Origin: Microcoleus sp.
GTDB lineage: Bacteria > Cyanobacteriota > Cyanobacteriia > Cyanobacteriales > Microcoleaceae
Assembly: GCA_052279835.1 (NCBI GenBank)
Contig: CP181291.1
Span: 1,984,001-2,048,000 of the forward strand
Length of the DNA: 64,000 bases
Reading direction: 5' to 3'
The notes beneath the pieces are model-generated. The model was given only the letters and a program-made list of their open reading frames with translations, was not told where the DNA came from and did no database searches. The translations under genes were made by a program, and so were the position numbers. Of the stretch, positions 10,808-21,933 are shown piece by piece; position 1 is the first letter of the stretch; each line of letters begins with the position of its first letter.

Positions 10808-11308
10808 TTAATAGCCTGGAGTATTTCTGCTGGTTCTAAACGTAGGTGTATTAGTGCGGCGAGGTTGCTCTCTGGGAGCTCTGCTAGGTAAGGTCGTGGG
10901 TGGCGGTGCGGAGGTTCGGGGTCGGAAGTCTCCTCGATCGCGAGAACCGCGATCGGGGCGATCGGGCCTGGGTGCAGGCGATCGCATTTCACCAGCTTCA
11001 CCATCGTATATGTCTAAGTAGACAGACTGGCCGGCCGTCTGCGCCACCGCTTCGAGGGTAGTTCTAATAGCCTGAATATTACGTCCACCCCTACCGTATA
11101 CCCGTCCTTTGTCTGGATCGTCAAAAGCTAGTCTCACCCAGACCCGCGACTGACGGGGGTGGATTTCACAATCAACCCGCAAAGAGCCTGGGGACTCTAA
11201 AAAAGGGCCTATTAAAAATTTTACCAGTCCAGCGTAGTTAGGACTAGCTGACGGAGGCTGTGTTGCTGGATTCAATGTTGGCTCCGGCTCCGACTTGTTC
11301 AAATACAT
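10808..11308 (-). CDS. KH-domain RNA-binding protein (KhpA-like) with a disordered C-terminal tail
   Basis: [19 protein letters not shown] motif; conserved position downstream of rpsP. Confidence 0.88.
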   Translation of the reverse strand: MYLNKSEPEPTLNPATQPPSASPNYAGLVKFLIGPFLESPGSLRVDCEIHPRQSRVWVRLAFDDPDKGRVYGRGGRNIQAIRTTLEAVAQTAGQSVYLDIYDGEAGEMRSPAPRPDRPDRGSRDRGDFRPRTSAPPPTTLPSRAPREQPRRTNTPTFRTSRNTPGY

Positions 11309-11531
11309 TCGCTTTTCTCAGGATGTCACGCACAGTGTCAGTTGGCTGAGCGCCTTGTTGCAGGCGCTTGACAATCGCTGGAACATCCAGCCTCGTTTCG
11401 TTATTTCTGGGGTTGTAAAAGCCGAGCTCTTCTAGAGGGCGGCCGTCGCGGCGGGTAGAACTGTTCATCGCTACAATCCGGTAGCTTGCCTCGCGTTTCT
11501 TCCCGTATCTCTTTAATCGCAGTTTGATCAT
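11244..11531 (-). CDS. rpsP: 30S ribosomal protein S16
   Basis: [44 protein letters not shown] at 11531. Confidence 0.97.
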   Translation of the reverse strand: MIKLRLKRYGKKREASYRIVAMNSSTRRDGRPLEELGFYNPRNNETRLDVPAIVKRLQQGAQPTDTVRDILRKANVFEQVGAGANIESSNTASVS

Positions 11532-11650
11532 CTTCTTGCACAATAGTCCTCGCCTAATTGTGACACAATTCACGCGCGAAATTTCACATTGTGTGTCGGG
11601 GATGGAACATGGGAATCTGGCAACTGCCAACTGCCTAATGAGTTCTGGCA

Positions 11651-12988
11651 TCAACCTCCCAGCAAAATATCGCTGCGATTTGCTGCCCCTAGGGCTGGTC
11701 TGCGGCCGTCAATATGGGGCGTAATTACCTTCGGTAAAGTCGATGCTGTTCCCCAACGGCCAACCAATTTTTGCAAAAACACATCTTGCTGGGCTCTCAA
11801 AGAGTCCCAATCGGTACCGCGATTAATGATTGCAAACCAAACTAAACCCCGATCCCGCGTTGGTATGGCTCCAGCCAAGGCAATCACGCTGTCCAAAGTG
11901 CCTGTTTTCACCACAGTGTAGGGGGGAATGTGCCGATGTTCGAGAGTCCCTGCATCGCGCCCAGACACCGGAAACAAGTCAGCAACAGTCAACGGAGTAG
12001 TTTGAAGATAACGCCCGATCGCCTGCATCATTGCACAAGCAGCCCTGGGAGACATCTGATTTTCCACTCCCAATCCCGAACCGTTAACTAATTGAAGTTC
12101 CGCCGCCGGCACACCAGCGGCCCAAGTAGCTTGCTGCTGCACAATTTTTGCCCCGCCCAAATTGTCAGCCAACATCTGAGCCATTTGATTATCGCTGTGG
12201 ACGTTCATCTGCTTGAGAATTTCCACCAAAGGAAGCGATCGCCGCGTCATCAGCAAACGCCCAGAACCCACAAATTGCTGCTGAGCAACTGTGCTACCAA
12301 CCACAACCACCTGCGGTCGCTTCGTACCCGGAGGCATTTTAGAATAGATTGACTGCACATCCCGCGACCAACTGCGACCATTGAGGGCCTCCCGCAACAA
12401 CTCCCCCGCCGTCACAGGATCGGACTGTTGATTCATGCGGAAATTGCCAGTCACAATTAAATTGCCCGCGACGCGACGAATTCCCAGATCGTTGAGAGCA
12501 TTACCAACGGCGATCGCCTCCTCCCATACAAACAGAGGGTCGCCCCCCCCGCTCACCACCAAATCCCCCTGCAACACGCCATTGCGAATCGGCCCGGTCC
12601 CCCGGAACCTGGTCTCAAACTGATAATCCGCACCCCAAGTTTCTAGGGAAGCTAGAGAAGTGGCAATTTTGGTCAGGGAAGCCCCTGGCATCAGTGTGGT
12701 TCCCTGCTGACTTACCAGTGGCAACATTCCCGCCTGGACCCAAACTCCCTGATTTCCCTCAGTCAGCCCCTTCGTCTTCAAATCCTTGAGAAATTCCTGC
12801 ACTGCGGTGGAGGCTGGTAAATCGGGATTGGTCCGTGAGACTCCCCCGTTCGCCAAATCCATCGCGACTCCTAACCCTGGTATCCCTCCCTCCCAAGCCA
12901 GCACCGAGGCAGCATTTGCCCCCGCACTGCTGACCCCAGCCATATGCAGCCACACAGATATAATTCCAGAGCTAAATAAATCCAGCAT
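11651..12988 (-). CDS. dacB: D-alanyl-D-alanine carboxypeptidase/endopeptidase (peptidase S13, PBP4-like)
   Basis: SxxK (ASLTK), GGGDP, SxN (HSDN), NGSGL and KTG motifs. Confidence 0.88.
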   Translation of the reverse strand: MLDLFSSGIISVWLHMAGVSSAGANAASVLAWEGGIPGLGVAMDLANGGVSRTNPDLPASTAVQEFLKDLKTKGLTEGNQGVWVQAGMLPLVSQQGTTLMPGASLTKIATSLASLETWGADYQFETRFRGTGPIRNGVLQGDLVVSGGGDPLFVWEEAIAVGNALNDLGIRRVAGNLIVTGNFRMNQQSDPVTAGELLREALNGRSWSRDVQSIYSKMPPGTKRPQVVVVGSTVAQQQFVGSGRLLMTRRSLPLVEILKQMNVHSDNQMAQMLADNLGGAKIVQQQATWAAGVPAAELQLVNGSGLGVENQMSPRAACAMMQAIGRYLQTTPLTVADLFPVSGRDAGTLEHRHIPPYTVVKTGTLDSVIALAGAIPTRDRGLVWFAIINRGTDWDSLRAQQDVFLQKLVGRWGTASTLPKVITPHIDGRRPALGAANRSDILLGG

Positions 12989-13213
12989 TTTCCACTCCTA
13001 AAGTCCTATTAACTATTGCATTGAGTTTGGGAATTTCCCGTCCACCGATTTGAGATTTTAAGTTGAAGATTCGAGGATTTTAGACTGTATCAGTAGGGTC
13101 CTCCATGGCAATAGTCTCATTGGCGATCGCCAAATGTAATTCTTTATTCATACTTCTCGACTCAGGCTCCAGACTTCCTGGTAGAATCTTGAAGGTTTCT
13201 CAAAGATTGGGCA

Positions 13214-14263
13214 ATGGGATCGACACGCGCAAGAATTGCAATAGACGCTATGGGTGGGGATCACGCCCCCGCCGAAATTGTGGCTGGAGCGCTTAAGGCA
13301 CAAGCAGAATTAGGCGTAGAGATTTTGCTGGTGGGCGACCCGCAGCAAATAGAAGACTCGCTCCGACAACAAGACGCGCTGGGCCGCGTCTGTGCAGGTC
13401 AGCTTGAAATCGTTGCTTCTGAAGGAACGGTGGAAATGCACGAAGAACCTTTGAGTGCCCTCAAACGCAAGCCTAAAGCTTCGATTAACGTAGCGATGAA
13501 TTTGGTGAAGCAGCAGCAAGCCGATGCTGTGGTGTCCGCTGGTCACTCCGGCGCGGCCATGGCTGCGGCTCTGTTGAGATTGGGACGACTTCCTGGGATT
13601 GACCGCCCTGCCATCGGTGCGGTGTTGCCGACAATGGTAGCTGGTCGCGCTGTACTGATTCTGGATGTCGGTGCTAACGTGGACTGTCGCCCCAAATTTT
13701 TGGAGCAGTTCGCGGCCATGGGAACCATTTACAGCCAGTACGTACTGGGTGTGGCTGAACCCAAAATCGGTCTGCTCAATATTGGTGAAGAACCTTCTAA
13801 AGGTAATGACGCAGCAGTGCGTACTCATCAATTATTGGTAGATAACCCTCATATTCCTTTTGTGGGGAATGCTGAAGGTCGTGATGTGCTCTCTGGTAAC
13901 TTCGACGTGATTGTGTGTGACGGCTTTGTCGGCAACGTTTTGTTGAAGTTTGCCGAAGCGGTGGGCGAAGTTGTGGTGCAGGTGCTCAAGGAAGAATTGG
14001 TCAAAGGACTCCAACATCAAATTAACGATCCTCTGCTGCAAAAAAGTCTGCAAGGATTCAAGCAGCGGGTAGACCACGTTGAACACGGTGGCGGTTTGTT
14101 GTTGGGCGTTGCTGGAGTTTGCATTATCAGCCACGGTTCCTCTCAAGCTGCTTCCATTGCCAATGCGGTGCGTTTGGCGAAGGGAGCTATTGATAACCAA
14201 GTTCTGGAGCGAATTCAATCGGAATATCGCCACAGTGCCATCGAACAAGAAGCTAGGAATTAA
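13214..14263 (+). CDS. plsX: Phosphate acyltransferase PlsX
   Basis: IAIDAMGGDHAP, LDVGANVD, NIGEEPSKG, VCDGFVGN. Confidence 0.97.
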   Translation: MGSTRARIAIDAMGGDHAPAEIVAGALKAQAELGVEILLVGDPQQIEDSLRQQDALGRVCAGQLEIVASEGTVEMHEEPLSALKRKPKASINVAMNLVKQQQADAVVSAGHSGAAMAAALLRLGRLPGIDRPAIGAVLPTMVAGRAVLILDVGANVDCRPKFLEQFAAMGTIYSQYVLGVAEPKIGLLNIGEEPSKGNDAAVRTHQLLVDNPHIPFVGNAEGRDVLSGNFDVIVCDGFVGNVLLKFAEAVGEVVVQVLKEELVKGLQHQINDPLLQKSLQGFKQRVDHVEHGGGLLLGVAGVCIISHGSSQAASIANAVRLAKGAIDNQVLERIQSEYRHSAIEQEARN

Positions 14264-14543
14264 AGTTAGTAGGTAGATGGACATAAATCAACGTCACTAG
14301 AGCCGCAGAGAGTTAGGAAGCTTGTCCCTAGTCTGAGCGATTGCTTTGCTTCTAGGTGTGGACACGCAACATATATGTTTAGCTACTTACTGGGGAATTA
14401 AAAATTAAAAATGTCAAGTTAAAATTGTAAAATTAAACAAGCTTTTTTGCTGAAAAAAACTGATTTCAGTTGATGCTTAATTTTTGTTAGTTTGTAGTTT
14501 TTAATTTTTAATTTCTAGACCGATCGCTCATAAATGGAGAAGA

Positions 14544-15545
14544 ATGTTGCAGCAATCAGGGTTTGGTATTGCCGTCACGGGTAGCGGTTCTTGTACACCG
14601 CCGGTTTCGCTAGATAATCACGGTTTGAGTCAGATAGTGGAAACCTCTGATGAGTGGATAGCGGCGCGCACAGGAATTCGATCGCGCAGATTGGCGCATC
14701 ATGGAATGTCTTTGTGCGATTTGGCCACAGAAGCCTCTCAGCAGGCGCTATCCATGGCACAAATTTTGCCGACAGATATAGATTTGATTATTTTGGCGAC
14801 ATCGAGCCCTGACGATTTGTTTGGGACTGCGGGTCAAATTCAATATCGCTTGGGTGCGACAAAGGCTGTGGCTTTTGATTTGACAGCAGCTTGTTCGGGC
14901 TTTGTGTTTGGTTTGGTGACAGCCTCTCAGTTCATTCGGACAGGGGTTTATCAAAATGTGTTGCTGATTGGGGCAGATATTTTATCTCGGTGGGTGAATT
15001 GGTCCGATCGAGGTACTTGCATTCTGTTTGGAGACGGTGCAGGTGCGGTAGTATTGCAAGCTTCAGAAGTCGATCGCTTTTTGGGATTTGAAATTCGCAG
15101 CGATGGTACTCAAAATTCCTCTCTCAACCTGGCTTACAAAGCACAGTCAAAGGAATTAATTGAGGGTGTGAATATTGGACAAGGTGCTTTTCAACCTATC
15201 ACCATGAATGGTCAAGAAATCTATCGGTTTGCGGTGAAAAAAGTCCCGGAAGTAATCGAAAAAGCGATGTTTCGGGCAAATATTAGCGCCACAGAAATTG
15301 ACTGGCTGCTGTTACACCAAGCGAATCAGCGAATTCTGGATGCAGTGGCCCAAAGGCTAAATATTCCGCCGGAAAAAGTCATTAGTAATTTGGCACATTA
15401 CGGAAATACATCCGCAGCATCAATTCCTTTGGCTCTGGATGAAGCCGTGCGTCAGGGTAAAGTCAAAGCGGGAGATACTATTGCTGCGGCTGGTTTCGGT
15501 GCAGGTTTGAGTTGGGGGGCGGTGATTTTTCAATGGGGAAGTTGA
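14544..15545 (+). CDS. fabH: Beta-ketoacyl-ACP synthase III
   Basis: AACSGF, HQAN, GNTSAASIP catalytic motifs. Confidence 0.97.
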   Translation: MLQQSGFGIAVTGSGSCTPPVSLDNHGLSQIVETSDEWIAARTGIRSRRLAHHGMSLCDLATEASQQALSMAQILPTDIDLIILATSSPDDLFGTAGQIQYRLGATKAVAFDLTAACSGFVFGLVTASQFIRTGVYQNVLLIGADILSRWVNWSDRGTCILFGDGAGAVVLQASEVDRFLGFEIRSDGTQNSSLNLAYKAQSKELIEGVNIGQGAFQPITMNGQEIYRFAVKKVPEVIEKAMFRANISATEIDWLLLHQANQRILDAVAQRLNIPPEKVISNLAHYGNTSAASIPLALDEAVRQGKVKAGDTIAAAGFGAGLSWGAVIFQWGS

Positions 15546-15942
15546 AGCAAGGGCGACAGACTATAAATTCATTTTAGTTGTGTTCAGGCTCTGGGGCGAT
15601 CGCGGGAAAATTTAAGAGGTAAAATCTGACAATTTTGCCACAGCATCAACCCTTGCGGGCGATCGATCGCGTGTTGCTCAATACTGGTGGCGGTGGATTG
15701 TAGCTTTTGCTTGTGAAACTAAAAATTCTCTTGCTGCGATTGACTTTCGGCAATCGGAAGCTAATAAATTATTCCACAAAGAGTAATGACCTTAAAGTAG
15801 CAGAAATAAATTATAGGAAATTTTCAAAAAAGTTCCCCGCTCTGTTATAATTGTAAGTCGCGCATAGATAGTGAATGAGCGAGAAACAAATAATTTTTGC
15901 AATCACCAATTAGCAAGTACCAATTAGTAAATTACCGGAAAA

Positions 15943-16821
15943 ATGACTAAAACAGCATGGGTATTTCCCGGACAAGGTTCCCAAGCGATCGGGATGGGTG
16001 CAGACTTATTAAACTTGCCAAAAGCCAAAGCCAAATTCGATCTAGCAAAAGAGATTTTAGGCTGGTCTGTCCCAGAGATTTGTCAAGAAGAAGCAAAACT
16101 CTCTCGGACTCTCTACACTCAGCCTTGCTTGTACGTGATAGAAAGCATTTTGACCGATTTAGTGCGCGAAAAGTTCGATCGACCTTCCCTAGTGGCAGGT
16201 CACAGTTTAGGAGAATACACCGCCCTCTATGCTGCGGGTGTGTTTGACTTTGAATCAGGATTGCGCTTAGTGAAACGCCGCGCCGAACTGATGGATAATG
16301 TCTCCGGCGGGCAAATGGTAGCTTTGATCGGATTCGACAGACAGGAATTAGAATTGCAAATTCAATACAGTCGAGACGTTGTGCTAGCTAACGATAACAG
16401 CGAAGCACAAGTAGTCATTTCTGGAACCCCCACAGCCGTAGAAGAATTGCTGGCCAAAATCAAAGTCAAACGGGCCGTAAAATTGAATGTTTCCGGGGCC
16501 TTTCACTCTCCCCTGATGTCACCAGTGGCTGCGGAGTTTCAACAAGCTTTAAAATCGGCCAAATTCTCAGATGCTAAGATGCTGGTGCTTTCCAATTCGG
16601 AACCGACAGCTACCACAAGTGCAGCTACTTTGAAGCAGCGCTTGACTCAGCAGATGACAAAAGGCGTGCGGTGGCGAGAAATTTCCCTACAATTGCCACA
16701 ACACGGAATCGATCGAGTTGTGGAAATTGGGCCCGGTAAAGTGCTCACAGGTTTGATTAAACGAACAACTCCAGATTTAACCTTAGTAAATGTGAGCTGT
16801 TTGGCAGATTTGCCGACTTAA
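15943..16821 (+). CDS. fabD: Malonyl-CoA:ACP transacylase
   Basis: FPGQGSQ, GHSLGE, SGAFHS motifs. Confidence 0.97.
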   Translation: MTKTAWVFPGQGSQAIGMGADLLNLPKAKAKFDLAKEILGWSVPEICQEEAKLSRTLYTQPCLYVIESILTDLVREKFDRPSLVAGHSLGEYTALYAAGVFDFESGLRLVKRRAELMDNVSGGQMVALIGFDRQELELQIQYSRDVVLANDNSEAQVVISGTPTAVEELLAKIKVKRAVKLNVSGAFHSPLMSPVAAEFQQALKSAKFSDAKMLVLSNSEPTATTSAATLKQRLTQQMTKGVRWREISLQLPQHGIDRVVEIGPGKVLTGLIKRTTPDLTLVNVSCLADLPT

Positions 16822-16875
16822 TTTATGGTTAACCTAGCAACATCAAAAAGCCAAATTTAATAGCCAGATAGCTGC

Positions 16876-16973
16876 TGGTGCATCTGTGTTTGGCAAATAT
16901 ATTTGTAGGGGCGAAGCATGACGGCTGTAAATCTATGGTTATAACTAATAAATTGTCTGCGGTCATGCTTCGC
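16876..16973 (+). repeat. GTAGGGGCG-type REP-like palindromic element
   Basis: GTAGGGGCGAAGCATGAC...GTCATGCTTCGC hairpin; the flanking 40 bp recur inverted at about 58740-58780. Confidence 0.7.
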
Positions 16974-17027
16974 ATATGCAAAATCGGGATACCTGACTGT
17001 TTAGATTACAATCAAGGAAATTTGAGA

Positions 17028-20003
17028 TTAATCGTCTACTCCTGCAATGGGAGCAAAACCTTGTCGCTGAATATTTTCAGTGATGGTGCGAGGTTCGAGG
17101 AATTGTAGCAAATAATCCGGGCCACCGGCTTTGGAACCAACTCCCGAAAGTTTGAATCCTCCGAAGGGTTGCCGCGATACCACAGCCCCTGTAATTCCGC
17201 GATTGATGTACAGGTTTCCGACTTCAAAATCTGCGGCGGCGCGATCGATATGGGAAGGCGTGCGAGAATACAATCCACCAGTTAAAGCAAAATTCGTGCC
17301 GTTAGCAATCGTAATTGCTTCATTAAAATTCTGGGCCCGAATCACTGACAAAACCGGACCAAAAATTTCTTCTTGGGCAAGAGTTCCTGTGGGTGGTACT
17401 TCCGTCACAATTACTGGGCCAATGAAATAGCCGGTTTCGGGTGCCGACATTTCTAAAGCGATGTTAGCTTCGGCGCGGCCTTTGGCGATGTATTCGCGGA
17501 TGCGGCCATGAGCATTCCCATCGATGACTGGGCCGACTTGAGTGCCGGGATTTTCGGCAGGGCCAACATTGAGCGATCGCGTGGCTTCTACTAATCTTTG
17601 CACAAAAGTGTCATAGACCGATTCGACGACAATTACTCGCGAACAAGCGGAACATTTTTGACCGCTATATCCAAAGGCAGAATAAACAACCCCAGCTACA
17701 GCTTGGTCTAAATCAGCACTTTCATCGACAATAATGGCATTCTTGCCACCCATTTCGGCAATCACTCGTTTCAGGTGTTTTTGTCCTGGTTGTAAAATCG
17801 CAGCATCAGCATAAATTTTGCAACCAACTTCTTGAGAACCGGTGAAAGTAATCATGTGGACATCGGGATGTTTCACCATGTAAGCGCCCACGGTTGAACC
17901 TTTACAGGGCACGTATTGAAATACGCCTTTGGGGATGCCCGCTTCTAGCAAAATTTCAGTAATTTTAGCGGCAATTACTGAGGATACTTCCGCAGGTTTG
18001 AGTAAAGTACAATTCCCTGCAACTAGGGAAGCAACTGTCATCCCCACAGGAATTGCTAGGGGGAAATTCCAAGGAGAAATGATTAAAGAAATGCCACGGG
18101 GCTGATAGCTGTATCGGTTAGTTTCTCCGGCGACATCGTAATTTTGCCCTTGGTCCAACCGTTCCATTTCGTCGGCGTAGTAGCGACAAAAATCAATGGC
18201 TTCGGAAACTTCAGCATCGCATTCTCTGACTGGTTTGCCGACTTCAAATACCATCCAAGCTGACAGTTCGTGCCGTCTTTTTTCCATCAATTCTGCGGCT
18301 TTGCGCAGCACGCCGGCGCGCTGTCTAACGGGGGTTTTCCGCCAACTGGTAGACGCATCTTTGGCGGCTTGCAGGGCTTGTATGGCTTGTGATTCCGAAA
18401 GCAATCCGATTTTACCAACTACTTCTGTGGGGTTGGAAGGATTGAGGGAGTTGACTGTGGTTTCAGTATTTTGGTATTCGCCGTTAATTAGGGGTAAATA
18501 GGTTTGTCCGAGGATTCCCCGGACTGATTTAATGGCTGTTTCTGCTTGTTTGCGGAGTTCGGTATTGGCGTAGTCTGTATCGGCTACGTTGGGAAATACT
18601 TTGCTGTAAACTAGCTGGTCATTGCCCTTGGCTACTGGGGCGGCTAATAATTGGTCGATCGGCATTTCTTCGGAACTTTGCCGGATGAAGGAACTGTTGG
18701 CGGTATTTTCCAGCAAACGGCGGATTAAGTAGGCCATTCCTGGGAGTAAATCGCCGTAGGGACAATAGACTCGGACGCGATAACCCCGATCGACTAATAG
18801 CTTAGCCAGTTTGTCGCCCATGCCGTACAATACTTGCATTTCAAAGCGACGGCGTGGTATTTTTAGCGTTTCGGCGATCGCGATCGCCCTGGCTTGCGAT
18901 CGAACGTTATGACTGGCGATCGCTGCATACAAATATTCATGATTTTCCAGCAGCAACTGGGTCATTTCTTCAAAGTTGGCATCTGTCGCAACTTTGTCAT
19001 TGTAGACAGGCTGCGGCCAATCTTTCTGCATCGCTTTAATCGTTTCCTGATCCCAGTAAGCGCCTTTTACCAGACGCACTGTTAGCGGAGTGCCACGTTT
19101 TTTCGCCCAATCAATAATCCCTTGCAAATCTTGTTTGCTGTCGCGCAAATAGGCTTGCATTGTAATACCGACATCTGTGCGTCCGCGAAACTCTTCTTCT
19201 AACAACAATTCTTTGAGAATGCTGAGAGTTAAACCTTTATAAACATACTGTTCCATGTCGAAATGGACAGCAGCGCCCAACTCCTTGGCGCGACGGAGTA
19301 AAAAGCGAATTCTATCGCTAACTTTGGCCTCGCTACCTTTGGCATCCAGCGGGTCAAACTGAGAATAAAATGCGGTCAACTTGACAGATACTTGTACTCG
19401 TGGTAAAGTTTCACCATCAGCTTTATCGATCGCATCTACCTGAGACCAATTTTTCGCAGCGATGCTCAATTCCTGCATTAGTTCCAAATAGCGATCGAGA
19501 TAATTTTGAGCCTCAGTTTCCGTAATTACAGCTTCCCCCAAAAGGTCAACGGTAAAACCCATTTTATCCTTGCGAAGTCGTTCTAAAGTTTTAACTACTT
19601 GCTTGATATTTTCCCCAGAAATATACTTGTGCGCCAAAGTTTCCACAGCCGGCGCAACGGTTGTGGCTGCCAATTGTCCGGGAATCGAATCAGCGTTAGT
19701 AAAACTGAGCAATTTTTTCAAAGCTTCGGGCAATTCTACCTCTTCAGCAGTCAGGTATTCTTGCAGGTGACGGGCAATTTCCGGCTTGCTGCGGAGGGCC
19801 GGCAAACAGTCAATAAATCGAAACAACTGCACCCGGAGTCCGGGGCTAGCCATTGCCCAATCCATCAGTTTGTCGTCCCAGCGCATTTGGTCTTGTAGTT
19901 GACCCAAAAAGGAGCGTTTTTTCTCTTGAGTTGCCTTAAGAATTTCTTTAGCAATTTCCTGGGTTTTTGCTTCGTAGATACTTGGAGATACTTGTGCGAT
20001 CAT
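17028..20003 (-). CDS. putA: Bifunctional proline dehydrogenase / P5C dehydrogenase
   Basis: VRLVKGAYWD, ASHN, YLIRRLLENTAN (PRODH); ISPWNFP, EMGGKN, GQKCSACSR (aldehyde dehydrogenase). Confidence 0.96.
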   Translation of the reverse strand: MIAQVSPSIYEAKTQEIAKEILKATQEKKRSFLGQLQDQMRWDDKLMDWAMASPGLRVQLFRFIDCLPALRSKPEIARHLQEYLTAEEVELPEALKKLLSFTNADSIPGQLAATTVAPAVETLAHKYISGENIKQVVKTLERLRKDKMGFTVDLLGEAVITETEAQNYLDRYLELMQELSIAAKNWSQVDAIDKADGETLPRVQVSVKLTAFYSQFDPLDAKGSEAKVSDRIRFLLRRAKELGAAVHFDMEQYVYKGLTLSILKELLLEEEFRGRTDVGITMQAYLRDSKQDLQGIIDWAKKRGTPLTVRLVKGAYWDQETIKAMQKDWPQPVYNDKVATDANFEEMTQLLLENHEYLYAAIASHNVRSQARAIAIAETLKIPRRRFEMQVLYGMGDKLAKLLVDRGYRVRVYCPYGDLLPGMAYLIRRLLENTANSSFIRQSSEEMPIDQLLAAPVAKGNDQLVYSKVFPNVADTDYANTELRKQAETAIKSVRGILGQTYLPLINGEYQNTETTVNSLNPSNPTEVVGKIGLLSESQAIQALQAAKDASTSWRKTPVRQRAGVLRKAAELMEKRRHELSAWMVFEVGKPVRECDAEVSEAIDFCRYYADEMERLDQGQNYDVAGETNRYSYQPRGISLIISPWNFPLAIPVGMTVASLVAGNCTLLKPAEVSSVIAAKITEILLEAGIPKGVFQYVPCKGSTVGAYMVKHPDVHMITFTGSQEVGCKIYADAAILQPGQKHLKRVIAEMGGKNAIIVDESADLDQAVAGVVYSAFGYSGQKCSACSRVIVVESVYDTFVQRLVEATRSLNVGPAENPGTQVGPVIDGNAHGRIREYIAKGRAEANIALEMSAPETGYFIGPVIVTEVPPTGTLAQEEIFGPVLSVIRAQNFNEAITIANGTNFALTGGLYSRTPSHIDRAAADFEVGNLYINRGITGAVVSRQPFGGFKLSGVGSKAGGPDYLLQFLEPRTITENIQRQGFAPIAGVDD

Positions 20004-20041
20004 TGGTGATTGATAATTAATAAGAACCAGAGACGGATTTA

Positions 20042-21343
20042 CTATTTTACTTCAATTTTAACTCCGTAGTTTGCTTTATTGTCGCCAGAAAGTTCAATAG
20101 TATAGTCCCCACTGCTGGGTAGTTGACCTTGCCACGGACTTGTGCTATTTGCAGTGCCTACTTTTTCACCGTTAGGAGCAATAATTGTGGCGCTAACTTT
20201 GCCTTCTTCAACTTTTAATGTCATGCTTTGGCCACTATTGCACTCCAGTAAGTAGCGCTTTGATTTGTTGTCTGGCAAAGTATTCCTGAGAGTAACTCCG
20301 ATCGCACCTGGTTCAAAGGTAACTCGCTCAGTGACAGCAGTTTGGGCCGCAGGAGAGGGGGATACTGAGGGCGAGGGAGAAGGCGATGGAGAGGCTAATT
20401 GTGGCACCCCAGACAAGGTTGGCGTCAGAGTGGGAGTGGGCGACGGGATGCTGGAGACAGGTGATTGTGGAGTTGCGGGTGCGGGGGGAATCGCAGGTAG
20501 TCGATTAGCTGGAGTGGCAGGAATAGGGGAAGGGCTGGGACGAAGTGGTACATCGGCGGGCAACTTGATTTGTAGGTTGACTCTTTCCTGATACATTCTC
20601 CAGGCTAACAAACTGCCCAGACTTAGCACAGAACCGACTAACATTCCGCTCAAAAAAACTGCTAGAACTTGCCAAACTCCTGTTTTTTTGGGTTCGGGAT
20701 TCGGAGTGGGATTTAGTTGAGTTGGGTAATTGTCATAGTCAATGGTTGGCGGTGCGATGTCGGCATCCATGGGAATAGTTTCTGTTTCTGTTTCCAAATT
20801 AGCCATTAAAATATCTTCTTTTATGGCATTTTCAGCGCTGTTTTCCGATGAAATTTTAGTATGTAAAATATCTTCTGTAATAGCAGGATTTACCGTGACT
20901 GGCGGGTCATTATTAGTATTTGAAATATTTGCGGCTATCATAGTTTCTCTAGAAAAATCCAGAGGTGCGGAATCGGTAGTTAAAGAATGTTCGTCTAGGG
21001 AAGTTTCTCTCGGAGTTTCTGCTGGTTGGGAATTGGTAGTTAAAGAATGTGCATCTAGGGAAGTTTCTGGCGGAGTTTCTGCTGGATAGGAATCAGTAAT
21101 TAAAGAATGTGCATCTACGGAAGTTTCTGGTGGAGTTTCTGCTGGATGGGAATCAGTAATTAAAGAATGTGCATCTACGGAAGTTTCTGGTGGAGTTTCT
21201 GCTGGATAGGAATCAATAATTAAAGAATGTGCATCTAGGGAAATTTCTGGGGGAGTTTCTGCTGATGGGGAACTTGACTCTAAAGTGGCAATTGTTTCTG
21301 GATGCTGAGTCAAAATTTGATTGTTTTCCGGTTGGTCACTCAT
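20042..21343 (-). CDS. Hypothetical single-pass membrane protein: acidic 20-aa repeats, TM helix, Pro-rich linker, small beta-rich (PPC-like) C-terminal domain
   Basis: 5 x (DSxPAETPPETSxDAHSLxT); TM WQVLAVFLSGMLVGSVLSLGSLLAW; C-terminal WQGQLPSSGDYTIEL. Confidence 0.75.
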   Translation of the reverse strand: MSDQPENNQILTQHPETIATLESSSPSAETPPEISLDAHSLIIDSYPAETPPETSVDAHSLITDSHPAETPPETSVDAHSLITDSYPAETPPETSLDAHSLTTNSQPAETPRETSLDEHSLTTDSAPLDFSRETMIAANISNTNNDPPVTVNPAITEDILHTKISSENSAENAIKEDILMANLETETETIPMDADIAPPTIDYDNYPTQLNPTPNPEPKKTGVWQVLAVFLSGMLVGSVLSLGSLLAWRMYQERVNLQIKLPADVPLRPSPSPIPATPANRLPAIPPAPATPQSPVSSIPSPTPTLTPTLSGVPQLASPSPSPSPSVSPSPAAQTAVTERVTFEPGAIGVTLRNTLPDNKSKRYLLECNSGQSMTLKVEEGKVSATIIAPNGEKVGTANSTSPWQGQLPSSGDYTIELSGDNKANYGVKIEVK

Positions 21344-21475
21344 AGGGATAAAATTATAGTATAAAGATGGGTGTTGAGTATTTTACGTTATTTGTGCGAT
21401 CGGGCAATGCTCTTGAGAAAACAAGAAAATGGTACTTTTGTGGAACCGGCAATAATTCATAAATGGTGCAACATA

Positions 21476-21742
21476 TTCGTCGCGATCCTATCTAATTAAA
21501 GCGGTAGTATCTAGTATTATCTGCATATTTGCCCGATGAGACTCACGAAGACGGTTAATTTCTGCCAATAGTTATTTTACAGACTTTTTACGTTGTCCTG
21601 AGAGGGCTTTGGTCTTGGTTGACAACTCAGCTTCTAAAAGGGCGATCGCAAAAGCATTAATCGAGAGGTGTTGAGCATCGGCTAACTCTTGCAGCCTCCT
21701 ATACAATTCATCTGGTATATTTTCTATTTCCAGGGTAGCCAT
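21476..21742 (-). pseudogene. FitA/VapB-like ribbon-helix-helix antitoxin pseudogene
   Basis: MATLEIENIPDELYRRLQELADAQHLSINA...KKSVK*LLAEINRLRE...DTTALIR*DRD, with in-frame stops at 21572-21574 and 21488-21490; not in the ORF track. Confidence 0.7.
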
Positions 21743-21933
21743 GTCTTAAAGTCCTAGCATAGTTTCCATAAATATTAGCATAGGAATGTAGGTTTAGGAG
21801 ATATTTAGCGATTTACCTTTGGGTGGGGGCGGGTTTAGGAAATTGTTTGTTACAGGCGAGTATTGTTTGTGAAACCAGCCCTGACACATTACCCCTTCCC
21901 GATTTCCAATTACCCATTCCCGATTCCCAATTA

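Noticed and set aside
11244..11308. 65-bp overlap between rpsP and the KH-domain ORF
   Set aside because: The KH gene start is uncertain and the rpsP-KH coupling is a common arrangement, so it was not treated as novel.
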